From the IMG/VR virus record IMGVR_UViG_3300030329_003739, positions 1 to 57,324 of that record: a DNA stretch of 57,324 nucleotides. The stretch is one strand, 5' to 3'. Positions 46,975-54,756 of the stretch are shown piece by piece (positions within the stretch are counted from its first letter, which is position 1; every line of letters starts with the position of its first letter). Made by a program: the position numbers and the translations under genes. The stretch comes from a virus. Lineage: Duplodnaviria > Caudoviricetes. The notes below the pieces were generated by a model. It was not told where the DNA came from, ran no database searches, and worked only from the letters and a program-made list of their open reading frames with translations.

Positions 46975-47581
46975 CCAACTTGCCTTTCAGTTCTGTCAGT
47001 AAAGACATCAGGTCTTGCACCTGATCTCCTGACCAAGCTGCATCAGTGTACCCGTTGATTGCTTCCCACTTTTCTTCTAGCTGTGCTAGCGTGGTGCAAC
47101 TCTTAAGGGATGAGACTGCACGATCAAACATGTTTAACTTAGCTGCCCTTGGTGAAACAACTGCATCAGGGTCATCGCCTGTTTCAATCAAGAAGAACTC
47201 ACGCAGTGCATACTTCTTGGCTAATGTCATAGCCTTTGATGCACGCTTGTCCCCTTGGTCAGAAGCCTCAGCAAAGACCTCAACAAAAGCCTGGTCACCT
47301 GTATCAACATGTTCAAATACAAACCTTCTCTTACCTAAGAACAGGGACATACGGTGCCCCTTGCCGGTGGTATAGTCCTCTGTCTTAACTACCTCACATG
47401 TATCAGGGTACATAACAATGCCATGCTCTAGCATGACAGGACGAAGCTCATTGATTAACTCCTTCTCTCCAGCATAGGTGTAGCCATAGTTGCCTGAGCC
47501 TACCTTGCCTTTCTTCTGGACGTAACCAATGTCTTTCATTACTGCGAGCTGTGCTGCTCGTAAGCTATTGTGCTTAGCCAT
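46967..47581 (-). CDS. ERF family single-strand annealing protein
   Basis: YTYA...LRP...HGI; DK..SKAMTLAKKYAL...F.IETGDDPD. Confidence 0.88.
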   Translation of the reverse strand: MAKHNSLRAAQLAVMKDIGYVQKKGKVGSGNYGYTYAGEKELINELRPVMLEHGIVMYPDTCEVVKTEDYTTGKGHRMSLFLGKRRFVFEHVDTGDQAFVEVFAEASDQGDKRASKAMTLAKKYALREFFLIETGDDPDAVVSPRAAKLNMFDRAVSSLKSCTTLAQLEEKWEAINGYTDAAWSGDQVQDLMSLLTELKGKLDE

Positions 47582-48407
47582 TCTCTAACATATCCTCCAA
47601 GCTAACGATTTCACCCCATCCATCAGTGTGCCACTCATCCATAGCAGTACACCATTTGATGCGGTCTATTGTCTGATGATTCAATAGCCTCGCCTGGCCA
47701 ATGAAGTCTTCAGGTAATTCAAATACGATTGTTTCGTATGGTGGGAAGTTTCTGATTGCCACAAAGATAAATCTTTTTGCACCAAACACATCGCAATAGT
47801 GTGCTGCTTGGTGCTGGTAGCCATACTTCCATATGGCATCCTTTGCGAACTCTCTCCCTAGATGCTGGCGTGTAGTCTTGAAGTCTATGATTAACCCCTC
47901 ATCGCTGAAGTCTGCATCACACATAGCCTTGCAAGTCACGCCGTTTATTTGGTTCGTGGCCACTACCTCGCTGCGGTCAGATGTAAGGCGCTCTAGGTAG
48001 GGAAGGATGGCGGGGTTATCCCATGCCGAGCTGCGCATACCTTCAACCTGCTCAAACTCTTTCGGAGTTAGGATAATTTTATCCTTATTCTCTTCCTCGA
48101 ATTCAGATTTGAATTCTCGGTGAGCCTTCTTCCGTAGGTTTAGCTTCTCTGGTTGAATACCACCTAGGTCAATCCACTCTGGCATTACCGCTATGGAATT
48201 GGAGGAGGTTGAATCCACAGCCATGATGCTATGGAGTGCCGACCCTATTCGCATGGCGTCTGACCTTGGTTGCTCGGGTGTGGACCGTGCAACGTAGCGA
48301 TGGTAGTAAGACCACGAACCTTGTGTTCTAAAATCTTTGAGTGCTGTGTTTGATATGTGAGGCAGCTCAAAGTATTCTGCTTCACTCACAGGTAAAACCT
48401 CTTTCAT
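47574..48407 (-). CDS. PD-(D/E)XK exonuclease (RecE/ExoVIII, DUF3799-like)
   Basis: ISNTALK, IGSALH, SE, KAMCD, IIDFKT, YQHQAAHY, FIFVAI. Confidence 0.88.
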   Translation of the reverse strand: MKEVLPVSEAEYFELPHISNTALKDFRTQGSWSYYHRYVARSTPEQPRSDAMRIGSALHSIMAVDSTSSNSIAVMPEWIDLGGIQPEKLNLRKKAHREFKSEFEEENKDKIILTPKEFEQVEGMRSSAWDNPAILPYLERLTSDRSEVVATNQINGVTCKAMCDADFSDEGLIIDFKTTRQHLGREFAKDAIWKYGYQHQAAHYCDVFGAKRFIFVAIRNFPPYETIVFELPEDFIGQARLLNHQTIDRIKWCTAMDEWHTDGWGEIVSLEDMLENG

Positions 48408-48411
48408 TTTA

Positions 48412-48792
48412 CTACTCCTCCTGTTGTAGTTTTCTCCTTCGGGTTACTTCCTTTACCATGGCAGACCTCAGTTGTTCAATAGACTTCTGTCCACACATTG
48501 GTACAGTTTTAAGAAGGTGCTCATCTGAAACCCCGACCAGATCTCGCACGTATGTGTACCCCATTTTCTCAAACAGATTGATTATCTTATCATCTAGCTC
48601 AAGCAATGCAAGGGGTGTATCTCCAAGTATTGCATTCTTTGTATCTTGTTTTGATAGCTCGGCTTCATCAATAGCAACATGAGCTGCATCGAAATGCCCC
48701 GACATAAGTAAGACATACACCCGCTCGGCTACTTGCCTTGCATAAGTATCACTGATAGAGTAATTATTTTTTAATTGCCCCATCACCTTCAC
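48412..48792 (-). CDS. RNA polymerase alpha C-terminal-domain-like protein
   Basis: TPLALLEL...INLFEKMGYTYVRDLV..SDEHLLK.VPMCGQKSIEQL resembles the RpoA CTD. Confidence 0.75.
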   Translation of the reverse strand: MKVMGQLKNNYSISDTYARQVAERVYVLLMSGHFDAAHVAIDEAELSKQDTKNAILGDTPLALLELDDKIINLFEKMGYTYVRDLVGVSDEHLLKTVPMCGQKSIEQLRSAMVKEVTRRRKLQQEE

Positions 48793-48976
48793 TCTTAGGT
48801 CGACCAGCTTTTCTGGTTAGTAAGGAAAAACTTTTTAGTTCTTCCTCTTCTATAATCCAGATCCCAGCAGGCAAGCGTATGGCCTTAATCTTTTCAGCTC
48901 TTATTAACTGGCGAACCCTACTAGTTGAAATGCCTAGTAGTTCAGCGGCTTCTTTAGTAGTCTTAATGTTATTCAT
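48764..48976 (-). CDS. excisionase-like (HTH_17) DNA-binding protein
   Basis: TTKEAAELLGISTSRVRQLI...KAIR...WII; C-terminal KAGRPK; start moved to MNNIK. Confidence 0.85.
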   Translation of the reverse strand: MNNIKTTKEAAELLGISTSRVRQLIRAEKIKAIRLPAGIWIIEEEELKSFSLLTRKAGRPKSEGDGAIKK

Positions 48977-48984
48977 AATATATA

Positions 48985-49012
48985 ATGCTAACGTATACGG
49001 AATGTTTGTCAA
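48985..49012 (-). promoter_or_regulatory. leftward sigma70-like promoter in a divergent region
   Basis: Minus strand TTGACA-16 nt-TAGCAT, 8 nt before the HTH ATG (leaderless). Confidence 0.5.
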
Positions 49013-49028
49013 TCAAAAAGGTATAGTT

Positions 49029-49226
49029 ATGCCCCTTGGTAAAAAGAAAAATAAATCTGACGACCGCGAAAGTAGACAGTTGGATCGCCGCCAATATAAA
49101 ATAGATAAGATAGCTGCTGTCACAGAAAAAGCTAAGGCAGTTGCCTCTAAAAGGAAATGGTTGGTGATATTATTAGTCGTTGGTATAGCGGCATTTATGT
49201 TCATCAAATCGAAAGGAATTTTCTAA
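49029..49226 (+). CDS. small basic membrane protein
   Basis: MPLGKKK...; C-terminal TM WLVILLVVGIAAFMFI; TAATG coupling. Confidence 0.7.
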   Translation: MPLGKKKNKSDDRESRQLDRRQYKIDKIAAVTEKAKAVASKRKWLVILLVVGIAAFMFIKSKGIF

Positions 49227-49411
49227 TGAAGAAGTGGTATCAAAGCAAGACGATCTGGTTTAACGTAGGTACAATGGCTGTGTCTGGGCTGACTGCCCTG
49301 GCTGGCAGTGCTTACATAGAAGAAAACCCTATAGCTGCAGCGTTGGTTACATGTGCTATTGCCATAGTCAATGTTTATCTTCGCAAGATTACTGAAGAAG
49401 GTATTGAGTAA
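49226..49411 (+). CDS. putative two-TM holin
   Basis: MKKWYQSKTIWFN...two TM segments...NVYLRKIT. Confidence 0.7.
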   Translation: MKKWYQSKTIWFNVGTMAVSGLTALAGSAYIEENPIAAALVTCAIAIVNVYLRKITEEGIE

Positions 49412-49993
49412 GTGGTAATAAAAAAAATATGTTCCTCTATTGCAGAGCCAGTGTCTTCTCCGATTGATGGGGTTGTTGCTGCAGCCGGCGGTGGTGGTGG
49501 TTCTACACAGTATGCAAGACCGGATTCTGATTTATCTTTTCCTCATCGGTATGTTCAATTTGGTACTAGGTACGGATGGTGGGCAAAAACACCGACCGAT
49601 GATTTGTACGAACAAGTTGATGAAGCAGTTGCTGACGACAGCGATTACTTTTACTTCAGGTCAGATGGTGGTGATAATGATATTCAGTGGTACAAATCCA
49701 CCCTCAGTGATATAGATGAGCCTTCCGACTTGTCTTCTGTGTCCATTCGAGTTCGCATTAAAAACAATGTTCGCTGTTACGTCTACTTATACGATGGTTC
49801 AACTAGAGTTTTCAATGGCTACATAGAGGATGACAACAGCAGTATAACTGACGTAGACCTGACTTTAAGTTCTACTGAAGCAGGCAATATAACAGACTGG
49901 TCAGACCTGAGACTTTGGTTTGGTTGTTGGGATGAGACTTGGTTTGAAACCTGTTATATTTATCAAGCATACTTAGAAGCAGGTGCTGCGTAG
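49412..49993 (+). CDS. putative virion structural protein, acidic beta-rich
   Basis: GGGGG linker, ARPDSD, LYEQVDE...DDSDY, ITDWSDLRL. Confidence 0.6.
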   Translation: MVIKKICSSIAEPVSSPIDGVVAAAGGGGGSTQYARPDSDLSFPHRYVQFGTRYGWWAKTPTDDLYEQVDEAVADDSDYFYFRSDGGDNDIQWYKSTLSDIDEPSDLSSVSIRVRIKNNVRCYVYLYDGSTRVFNGYIEDDNSSITDVDLTLSSTEAGNITDWSDLRLWFGCWDETWFETCYIYQAYLEAGAA

Positions 49994-50035
49994 CATTACT
50001 ACTAAATAATAAACAACAACGTAAGGTATATAAAC

Positions 50036-50365
50036 ATGGCGACGTTTAATAAAATTTTTACAAACCAAACAGCTAACGCTAGCACCGCAACTCAAGACTG
50101 GGACGGTCGTAAGGGTCAGGTCGTAGCTAATGGAACATGGGATACATCTAACCTCCAGTTGGAAATGTCACCCGATGATGGAACAACTTGGATTTCTGTT
50201 GGAGATGAGGGGAAGCTAACTGATAGTGGTGCATTCACCTTCGATTTGAATCCGTGCAAGGTTCGTCTTACATTGGCAAGTGTTGGTAGTAGTACATCAA
50301 TCAACGCTTGGATTAGCAAAGACAACACAGGCTCTAATAAAATTAACAGTAAGGATCCTACTTAA
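50036..50365 (+). CDS. putative virion structural protein, small beta sandwich
   Basis: GTW....LQLEMSPDDGTTW...VRLTL pattern. Confidence 0.65.
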   Translation: MATFNKIFTNQTANASTATQDWDGRKGQVVANGTWDTSNLQLEMSPDDGTTWISVGDEGKLTDSGAFTFDLNPCKVRLTLASVGSSTSINAWISKDNTGSNKINSKDPT

Positions 50366-50617
50366 ATGAGTTGGTTTACTGATAACGCACTAGGGGTTAT
50401 ATCCCTAGTGGGCTCAGGGCTTGGTGCATTTGCTGGTGCTGTGTGGTGGATGAGTGCTTTGTATTCTGAAGTTAAAAGAATAAACACCACGCTATCAAAC
50501 TACATGTCTGACCAGAAGGCACAGAACGTGCGTGTCTGGGGTGCTATTGATGGCATCGACAACAGGCTGGATGAACATGACAGGCGTATCACTACGATTG
50601 AAACAAAGATCGAGTGA
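50366..50617 (+). CDS. membrane-anchored coiled-coil protein, lysis-cassette type
   Basis: N-terminal TM; C-terminal RLDEHDRRITTIE. Confidence 0.65.
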   Translation: MSWFTDNALGVISLVGSGLGAFAGAVWWMSALYSEVKRINTTLSNYMSDQKAQNVRVWGAIDGIDNRLDEHDRRITTIETKIE

Positions 50618-50623
50618 CGCCTG

Positions 50624-51385
50624 TTATTTCTTTCTTCTTTTAACTCTCTCTTGGTAGCTGTGCTTGCGATCCTTTTCTAGTATTGCGAACGCATCCTTCT
50701 GCTCCCCTGCTCCGGGGAATCCATCAAGTCCTGCTTCGTATGCAACCCTGACGTTTGTCTGGTTCCACTTGTTTCCGTTAGCTCTCTTCTTCTTGCTTAA
50801 TCTTCTTACTATCTCTGACCAGTTGGTGCCTGTGTTCTTCCACTCTATTATCTGACACACCAACTCTCTTTCCTTGTAGTCAGGTATGAACGCCGCTTGT
50901 CCGTCTGATCGAATGATCTTATATCCTATTGGTGACTGCTTATTAACTGGCCTGCCTTGGCCTTTGATCTTAGCCATTGCGTCGGTCATCTGTCTGCTCT
51001 TTATTTTCCTGTTAAAGGTAGCGTATGTTCTCACCAAGTCGAACATTATCTCGCCGCTTGCTGTTGCCATGTCGACGCCTGTCTCCAGGATATTAAAATA
51101 AATATTTCTTTCTTGCAGCTCCTCGATAGTATCAACTGCGTTCTCTATACTAACGAAGCATCTATCTAGTTTGTAGGCTATGATATAGTCGCCGCTTGTT
51201 AGTCGGTCGAACAGCTCCTCGCCCGCCTGACGCTCGAATATATTTATTCTCCCGAACACTTCATCATCTACGAAGAATCCTCCGAACTCTCCATCGAATC
51301 TATCCAGGCTAGATAAAATAATTTTTTCCTGGTGTGCCCTGGATAATCCTTCTTCTGATGACTCTCTTATGTAACCGTATATCAT
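50624..51385 (-). CDS. serine recombinase (resolvase/invertase family)
   Basis: MIYGYIRES, GD.IIAYKLDR, G..MF......A.F.R, K..GR, PIGY. Confidence 0.88.
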   Translation of the reverse strand: MIYGYIRESSEEGLSRAHQEKIILSSLDRFDGEFGGFFVDDEVFGRINIFERQAGEELFDRLTSGDYIIAYKLDRCFVSIENAVDTIEELQERNIYFNILETGVDMATASGEIMFDLVRTYATFNRKIKSRQMTDAMAKIKGQGRPVNKQSPIGYKIIRSDGQAAFIPDYKERELVCQIIEWKNTGTNWSEIVRRLSKKKRANGNKWNQTNVRVAYEAGLDGFPGAGEQKDAFAILEKDRKHSYQERVKRRKK

Positions 51386-51402
51386 TTTGCTATCCTTATA
51401 AA

Positions 51403-51433
51403 ATGAAAGGGGAGCAGGTTGCCCTACTCCCCT
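51403..51433 (-). terminator. intrinsic terminator upstream of the resolvase
   Basis: Minus strand AGGGGAGTAGG-gcaa-CCTGCTCCCCT-TTCATTTT. Confidence 0.75.
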
Positions 51434-51543
51434 CTCGAACTTCGGAGTTACACTGATGTGTATCGCTACTGTTACACGCCACCTGTAGCTGGGCGACCCA
51501 TCATGCTTCTTTTTGTAGAAAGCAATGCACAGTCAGGGCTGAC

Positions 51544-51566
51544 TAATATGACATTTTGTCATCTCA
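51544..51566. promoter_or_regulatory. 23-bp palindromic site, copy 5
   Basis: TAAtATGACAtttTGTCATcTCA overlapping the ssb stop codon. Confidence 0.82.
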
Positions 51567-51956
51567 AAATGGAACATCGTTTGATTGAACTGGTTGGGTA
51601 ACAGTAGGCTCAGTGCTTGCAGGCTTATCAACTGTATCCGATTTCTTATCTAAAGAAATTAATTTATCTACAGTTATCTTGTGCTTGCTACGCTTACCAC
51701 CATCTTCTGTTTCCCATCTATCCTGATGAAGCCTGCCTTCCACTAAGACGTTAGAGCCTTTGGTTAGATAGTTAGATGCGAAGTTAGCAGTCTGATTCCA
51801 CAGTGTAAGATCCACATAATGCACTGTCTGCTTGTCCTTGTACCCCTCGTTAACTGCAAGAGGCACATCACCTACTACTTTATCTTCTCCTAGCTGCCTT
51901 AGTTCTACATCTCGAACCAAATTCCCTGCTAGGATTACTCTATTAAAACTTGCCAT
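51564..51956 (-). CDS. ssb: single-stranded DNA-binding protein
   Basis: FNRVILAGNLVRDVELR, YLTKGS.VLVEGRL, acidic DVPF tail. Confidence 0.96.
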   Translation of the reverse strand: MASFNRVILAGNLVRDVELRQLGEDKVVGDVPLAVNEGYKDKQTVHYVDLTLWNQTANFASNYLTKGSNVLVEGRLHQDRWETEDGGKRSKHKITVDKLISLDKKSDTVDKPASTEPTVTQPVQSNDVPF

Positions 51957-51960
51957 CTCA

Positions 51961-53610
51961 TTAACCTTTCAAAATAATTTTAGTTATGTGGCTGGGCGGA
52001 GCCCAGTATTCTTCTACTTCCTGTGTTAGTACAGCTAGCACAGGTACCTTTAGTTCGTCCGGCCATGGAGTCATGCCATCGGTGATTGCAACTATTACAT
52101 CTGGCTTCGGGTTAGCTTGCTCTAGCGTATCTTCAATCAACACGCCAACATCAGTACCTCCACCACCGTTCAACTGAAGTTGCCTCAGTTGATTGTCACT
52201 TACATTCTTAGACATGACTACTTTAGTCTTAGCTCCGGTGTCACCCGTAATAACACAGACATCCTCACTGGATCCCAGGTTATCTAATAATTTTTTTATT
52301 ACTGAGTAAGCCTTGTCGTAATCATCACTCATCATAGAAGCTGACGTGTCTAGGCATATTGCAAGCTGTGGTTTCCCACTGCGTTTGACTGGCCTGCATA
52401 CTCCATGCCCTAGCCCACGCCTATTCAACCTGCGATAAGTTCTCTTGCCTCCCCTGGATCTAAAGTTATTTAGTTTTCCACGGGTCAGTCTGAGTATCAT
52501 AGACCATGGGTCTTCAGAGATCTTAGATATGGAACGCATCACATCCTTCAAGGCGAATGATATATTATTACCTAAATCACCTTGAGCTTTGTGACATGCT
52601 GATGTTACAAGCGAATCAACATCGGCTTCACTCATTGAGTTTCCACCGGCGTTACCACCTGAGCCAGCTATCTCCCAAGGTCTTGGCGTTCCATCTGATA
52701 CCGAGGATCCACTTCCTCCGGTGCCTGGCGCTGGTATTGGTTCGCCATTCCAGACGAGGGAGCCTGATTCATCTGTTGATATGAAGCCATCTGTTGGCTC
52801 GCCATCTGATTCAGTTGAGCATCCATCACTTGCAGTGCGTTCGCTGTCCCCTGATTGATCCCGATGATCTGACCCGCTAGTATCTGTAGCTGTCCTTCCA
52901 TCTGGTTCAACTTGTCCTTCATTTCCTCCTGCTGATCCTTGTTCTGCACCAGATTCCCCAGTGTCACTTGGATCGTCGTCAGTTTCTCGTTGAAATCTAA
53001 CTGCACTTCCTGTATCTTCTCCAGCGTCGCTCGGCCTATCCGACCGTTCGTCGTTGGAGTTGCTTTGGTCTTGGCCATCGCTAATTCCTTTCATCAAAAT
53101 TCTAAAAACTTTTTCTGCGGATTGATTGCCTGTGATCTCAGGTGTTTGACTGTATGGGTATCGGTCGTGCATCAACCAATCATAACCCACTCTGAACTCA
53201 CACCATCTACCACTCGTCCCGTGTACCGAGAACTCCTGGTCCAGTAAATAATTTACTGTTATGTCACAGGCTTCATTCCATTTCTCTCTACTAATCTTTG
53301 TAGGATTATTCACTAAGGCATGAAACCTACGGTGATGCCCCATAAATATATGACACATCTCATGCAACAAGCATGAACTAATCTCCGCTTGATGACGATT
53401 CTCTAGGTACTCAGGGTCGTAGTACAAATTTAATAATCTATCTACTGCCATAGTGCCTAGCCCTTTGACTGGCACAGTACGCATAGAGAACAGTAAGTCA
53501 CGGGAGAACTTCCAGTACCTAGCAGCCGTCAGCTTTGCTTGTCGCAAAACCTCCGGCTCTTTGTGGTTTATTCTAGAATATACTTCCGTTGTCGGCAATG
53601 ATTTAGCCAT
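51961..53610 (-). CDS. DUF2201-type HEXXH metallopeptidase plus vWA domain protein
   Basis: TMAVD, LLHEMCH, WNEACD; DTSASM MIDAS, GGGGTD, ITDG.TPWP. Confidence 0.9.
   Translation of the reverse strand: MAKSLPTTEVYSRINHKEPEVLRQAKLTAARYWKFSRDLLFSMRTVPVKGLGTMAVDRLLNLYYDPEYLENRHQAEISSCLLHEMCHIFMGHHRRFHALVNNPTKISREKWNEACDITVNYLLDQEFSVHGTSGRWCEFRVGYDWLMHDRYPYSQTPEITGNQSAEKVFRILMKGISDGQDQSNSNDERSDRPSDAGEDTGSAVRFQRETDDDPSDTGESGAEQGSAGGNEGQVEPDGRTATDTSGSDHRDQSGDSERTASDGCSTESDGEPTDGFISTDESGSLVWNGEPIPAPGTGGSGSSVSDGTPRPWEIAGSGGNAGGNSMSEADVDSLVTSACHKAQGDLGNNISFALKDVMRSISKISEDPWSMILRLTRGKLNNFRSRGGKRTYRRLNRRGLGHGVCRPVKRSGKPQLAICLDTSASMMSDDYDKAYSVIKKLLDNLGSSEDVCVITGDTGAKTKVVMSKNVSDNQLRQLQLNGGGGTDVGVLIEDTLEQANPKPDVIVAITDGMTPWPDELKVPVLAVLTQEVEEYWAPPSHITKIILKG
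52668..53078 (-). CDS. candidate nested out-of-frame coiled-coil protein
   Basis: AAAGGAattagcgATG RBS; 136-aa heptad-like Q/L/M sequence spanning the linker of the vWA gene. Confidence 0.6.
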   Translation of the reverse strand: MAKTKATPTTNGRIGRATLEKIQEVQLDFNEKLTTIQVTLGNLVQNKDQQEEMKDKLNQMEGQLQILAGQIIGINQGTANALQVMDAQLNQMASQQMASYQQMNQAPSSGMANQYQRQAPEEVDPRYQMERQDLGR

Positions 53611-53620
53611 GATAAACTCC

Positions 53621-54736
53621 TTAATTGTGGATATTACTTAGCCAATCATCTTCCATGCTGGCAACGTACTCGTTCTTAACTACATCATGACCATCAGGCT
53701 TCAACTCTAATAGCTTAGCCTCGAAGGTCTTTGCAATCTCAGGGTGTGTACGATGCACTGTTGCAAGGAACTCTCTGCCATTCTCCCATCTCTCTGGAGT
53801 TAACTCTTCCTTAACTCTAGTGAGTACGGATTTAACGTAGCTTATAGCTAGGTTACTTGCTTTAGGCAGCTCAATCTCACGAGGACTGTTAAGTATTTCC
53901 TCGGGATCACCGTAGCTATCTACATCTAGGAAGTCTAAGAACTCCTGACCTACCTCATCACCGACACATCCACCTATTAACTTACGCTGTGTCTTCTTGT
54001 TGGCACCGACTAGCATTGCGGCACCCAAGATACGGGCAGCATTAGTCCATGATCTAGGTGAAGGGAATGGGCTACCCATAGTCTCATCTTTATTGGGTCG
54101 GTTAAGATACTCAGGCCGAGACAGTGTAGTTCTACAGTTAACAAAACTATTTATTTTGTCAGCGTAGAAAGGTACTGATTCCTCCCAACCATCTGGAATC
54201 ATAGGGAACTTAGGTGCTGGAAACTCAAAGCCTCCACCCTCAGTCATCCCTTGAGCCCATGCTTTCTTGTCGAACTCCCAATCACCTACGCACATCCTGT
54301 TAATCATAGGCTCGCTGATCTCGTGACCGTTTGCAGCTTCATCAGGTCTGTTACCTGCTGCGTACACCCAGCAATTCTTTGGCGGGCTAGCCATGAACGT
54401 GAGTGCTGCTGCTTGCATGTCCTCCGATACACAAGTGAACTCGTCAACCAGCATTAAAGATTTTTCTTTCTTGGCCTGGATGATGTTCTCCATTGGGTAC
54501 TTCTTAATGACACCATGCTCTTCGCCATCCACTGTTACCTTGGATGGTATAGGAAATCCTCCAATGTCCTCTGGTTCATGCTGATCCAGGAGCATAAGAA
54601 TAAATTTTCTTTGTGCTGCCTGTGATAGTGCTGTCATTACCTCCGTCTTGCCTAGTCCAGGTGAACCATATGCAAAACTTACTACTCCGATTTGTGGTGG
54701 GATAAAGTACCACCAATTTGTTTGCTTAGTTTTCAT
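53621..54736 (-). CDS. MoxR-like AAA+ ATPase
   Basis: GSPGLGKT, EPEDIGGFP, LVDEF, AAGN, PMINR, PSPRSW. Confidence 0.9.
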   Translation of the reverse strand: MKTKQTNWWYFIPPQIGVVSFAYGSPGLGKTEVMTALSQAAQRKFILMLLDQHEPEDIGGFPIPSKVTVDGEEHGVIKKYPMENIIQAKKEKSLMLVDEFTCVSEDMQAAALTFMASPPKNCWVYAAGNRPDEAANGHEISEPMINRMCVGDWEFDKKAWAQGMTEGGGFEFPAPKFPMIPDGWEESVPFYADKINSFVNCRTTLSRPEYLNRPNKDETMGSPFPSPRSWTNAARILGAAMLVGANKKTQRKLIGGCVGDEVGQEFLDFLDVDSYGDPEEILNSPREIELPKASNLAISYVKSVLTRVKEELTPERWENGREFLATVHRTHPEIAKTFEAKLLELKPDGHDVVKNEYVASMEDDWLSNIHN

Positions 54737-54756
54737 AACTAATCTTTTCCTTACTA

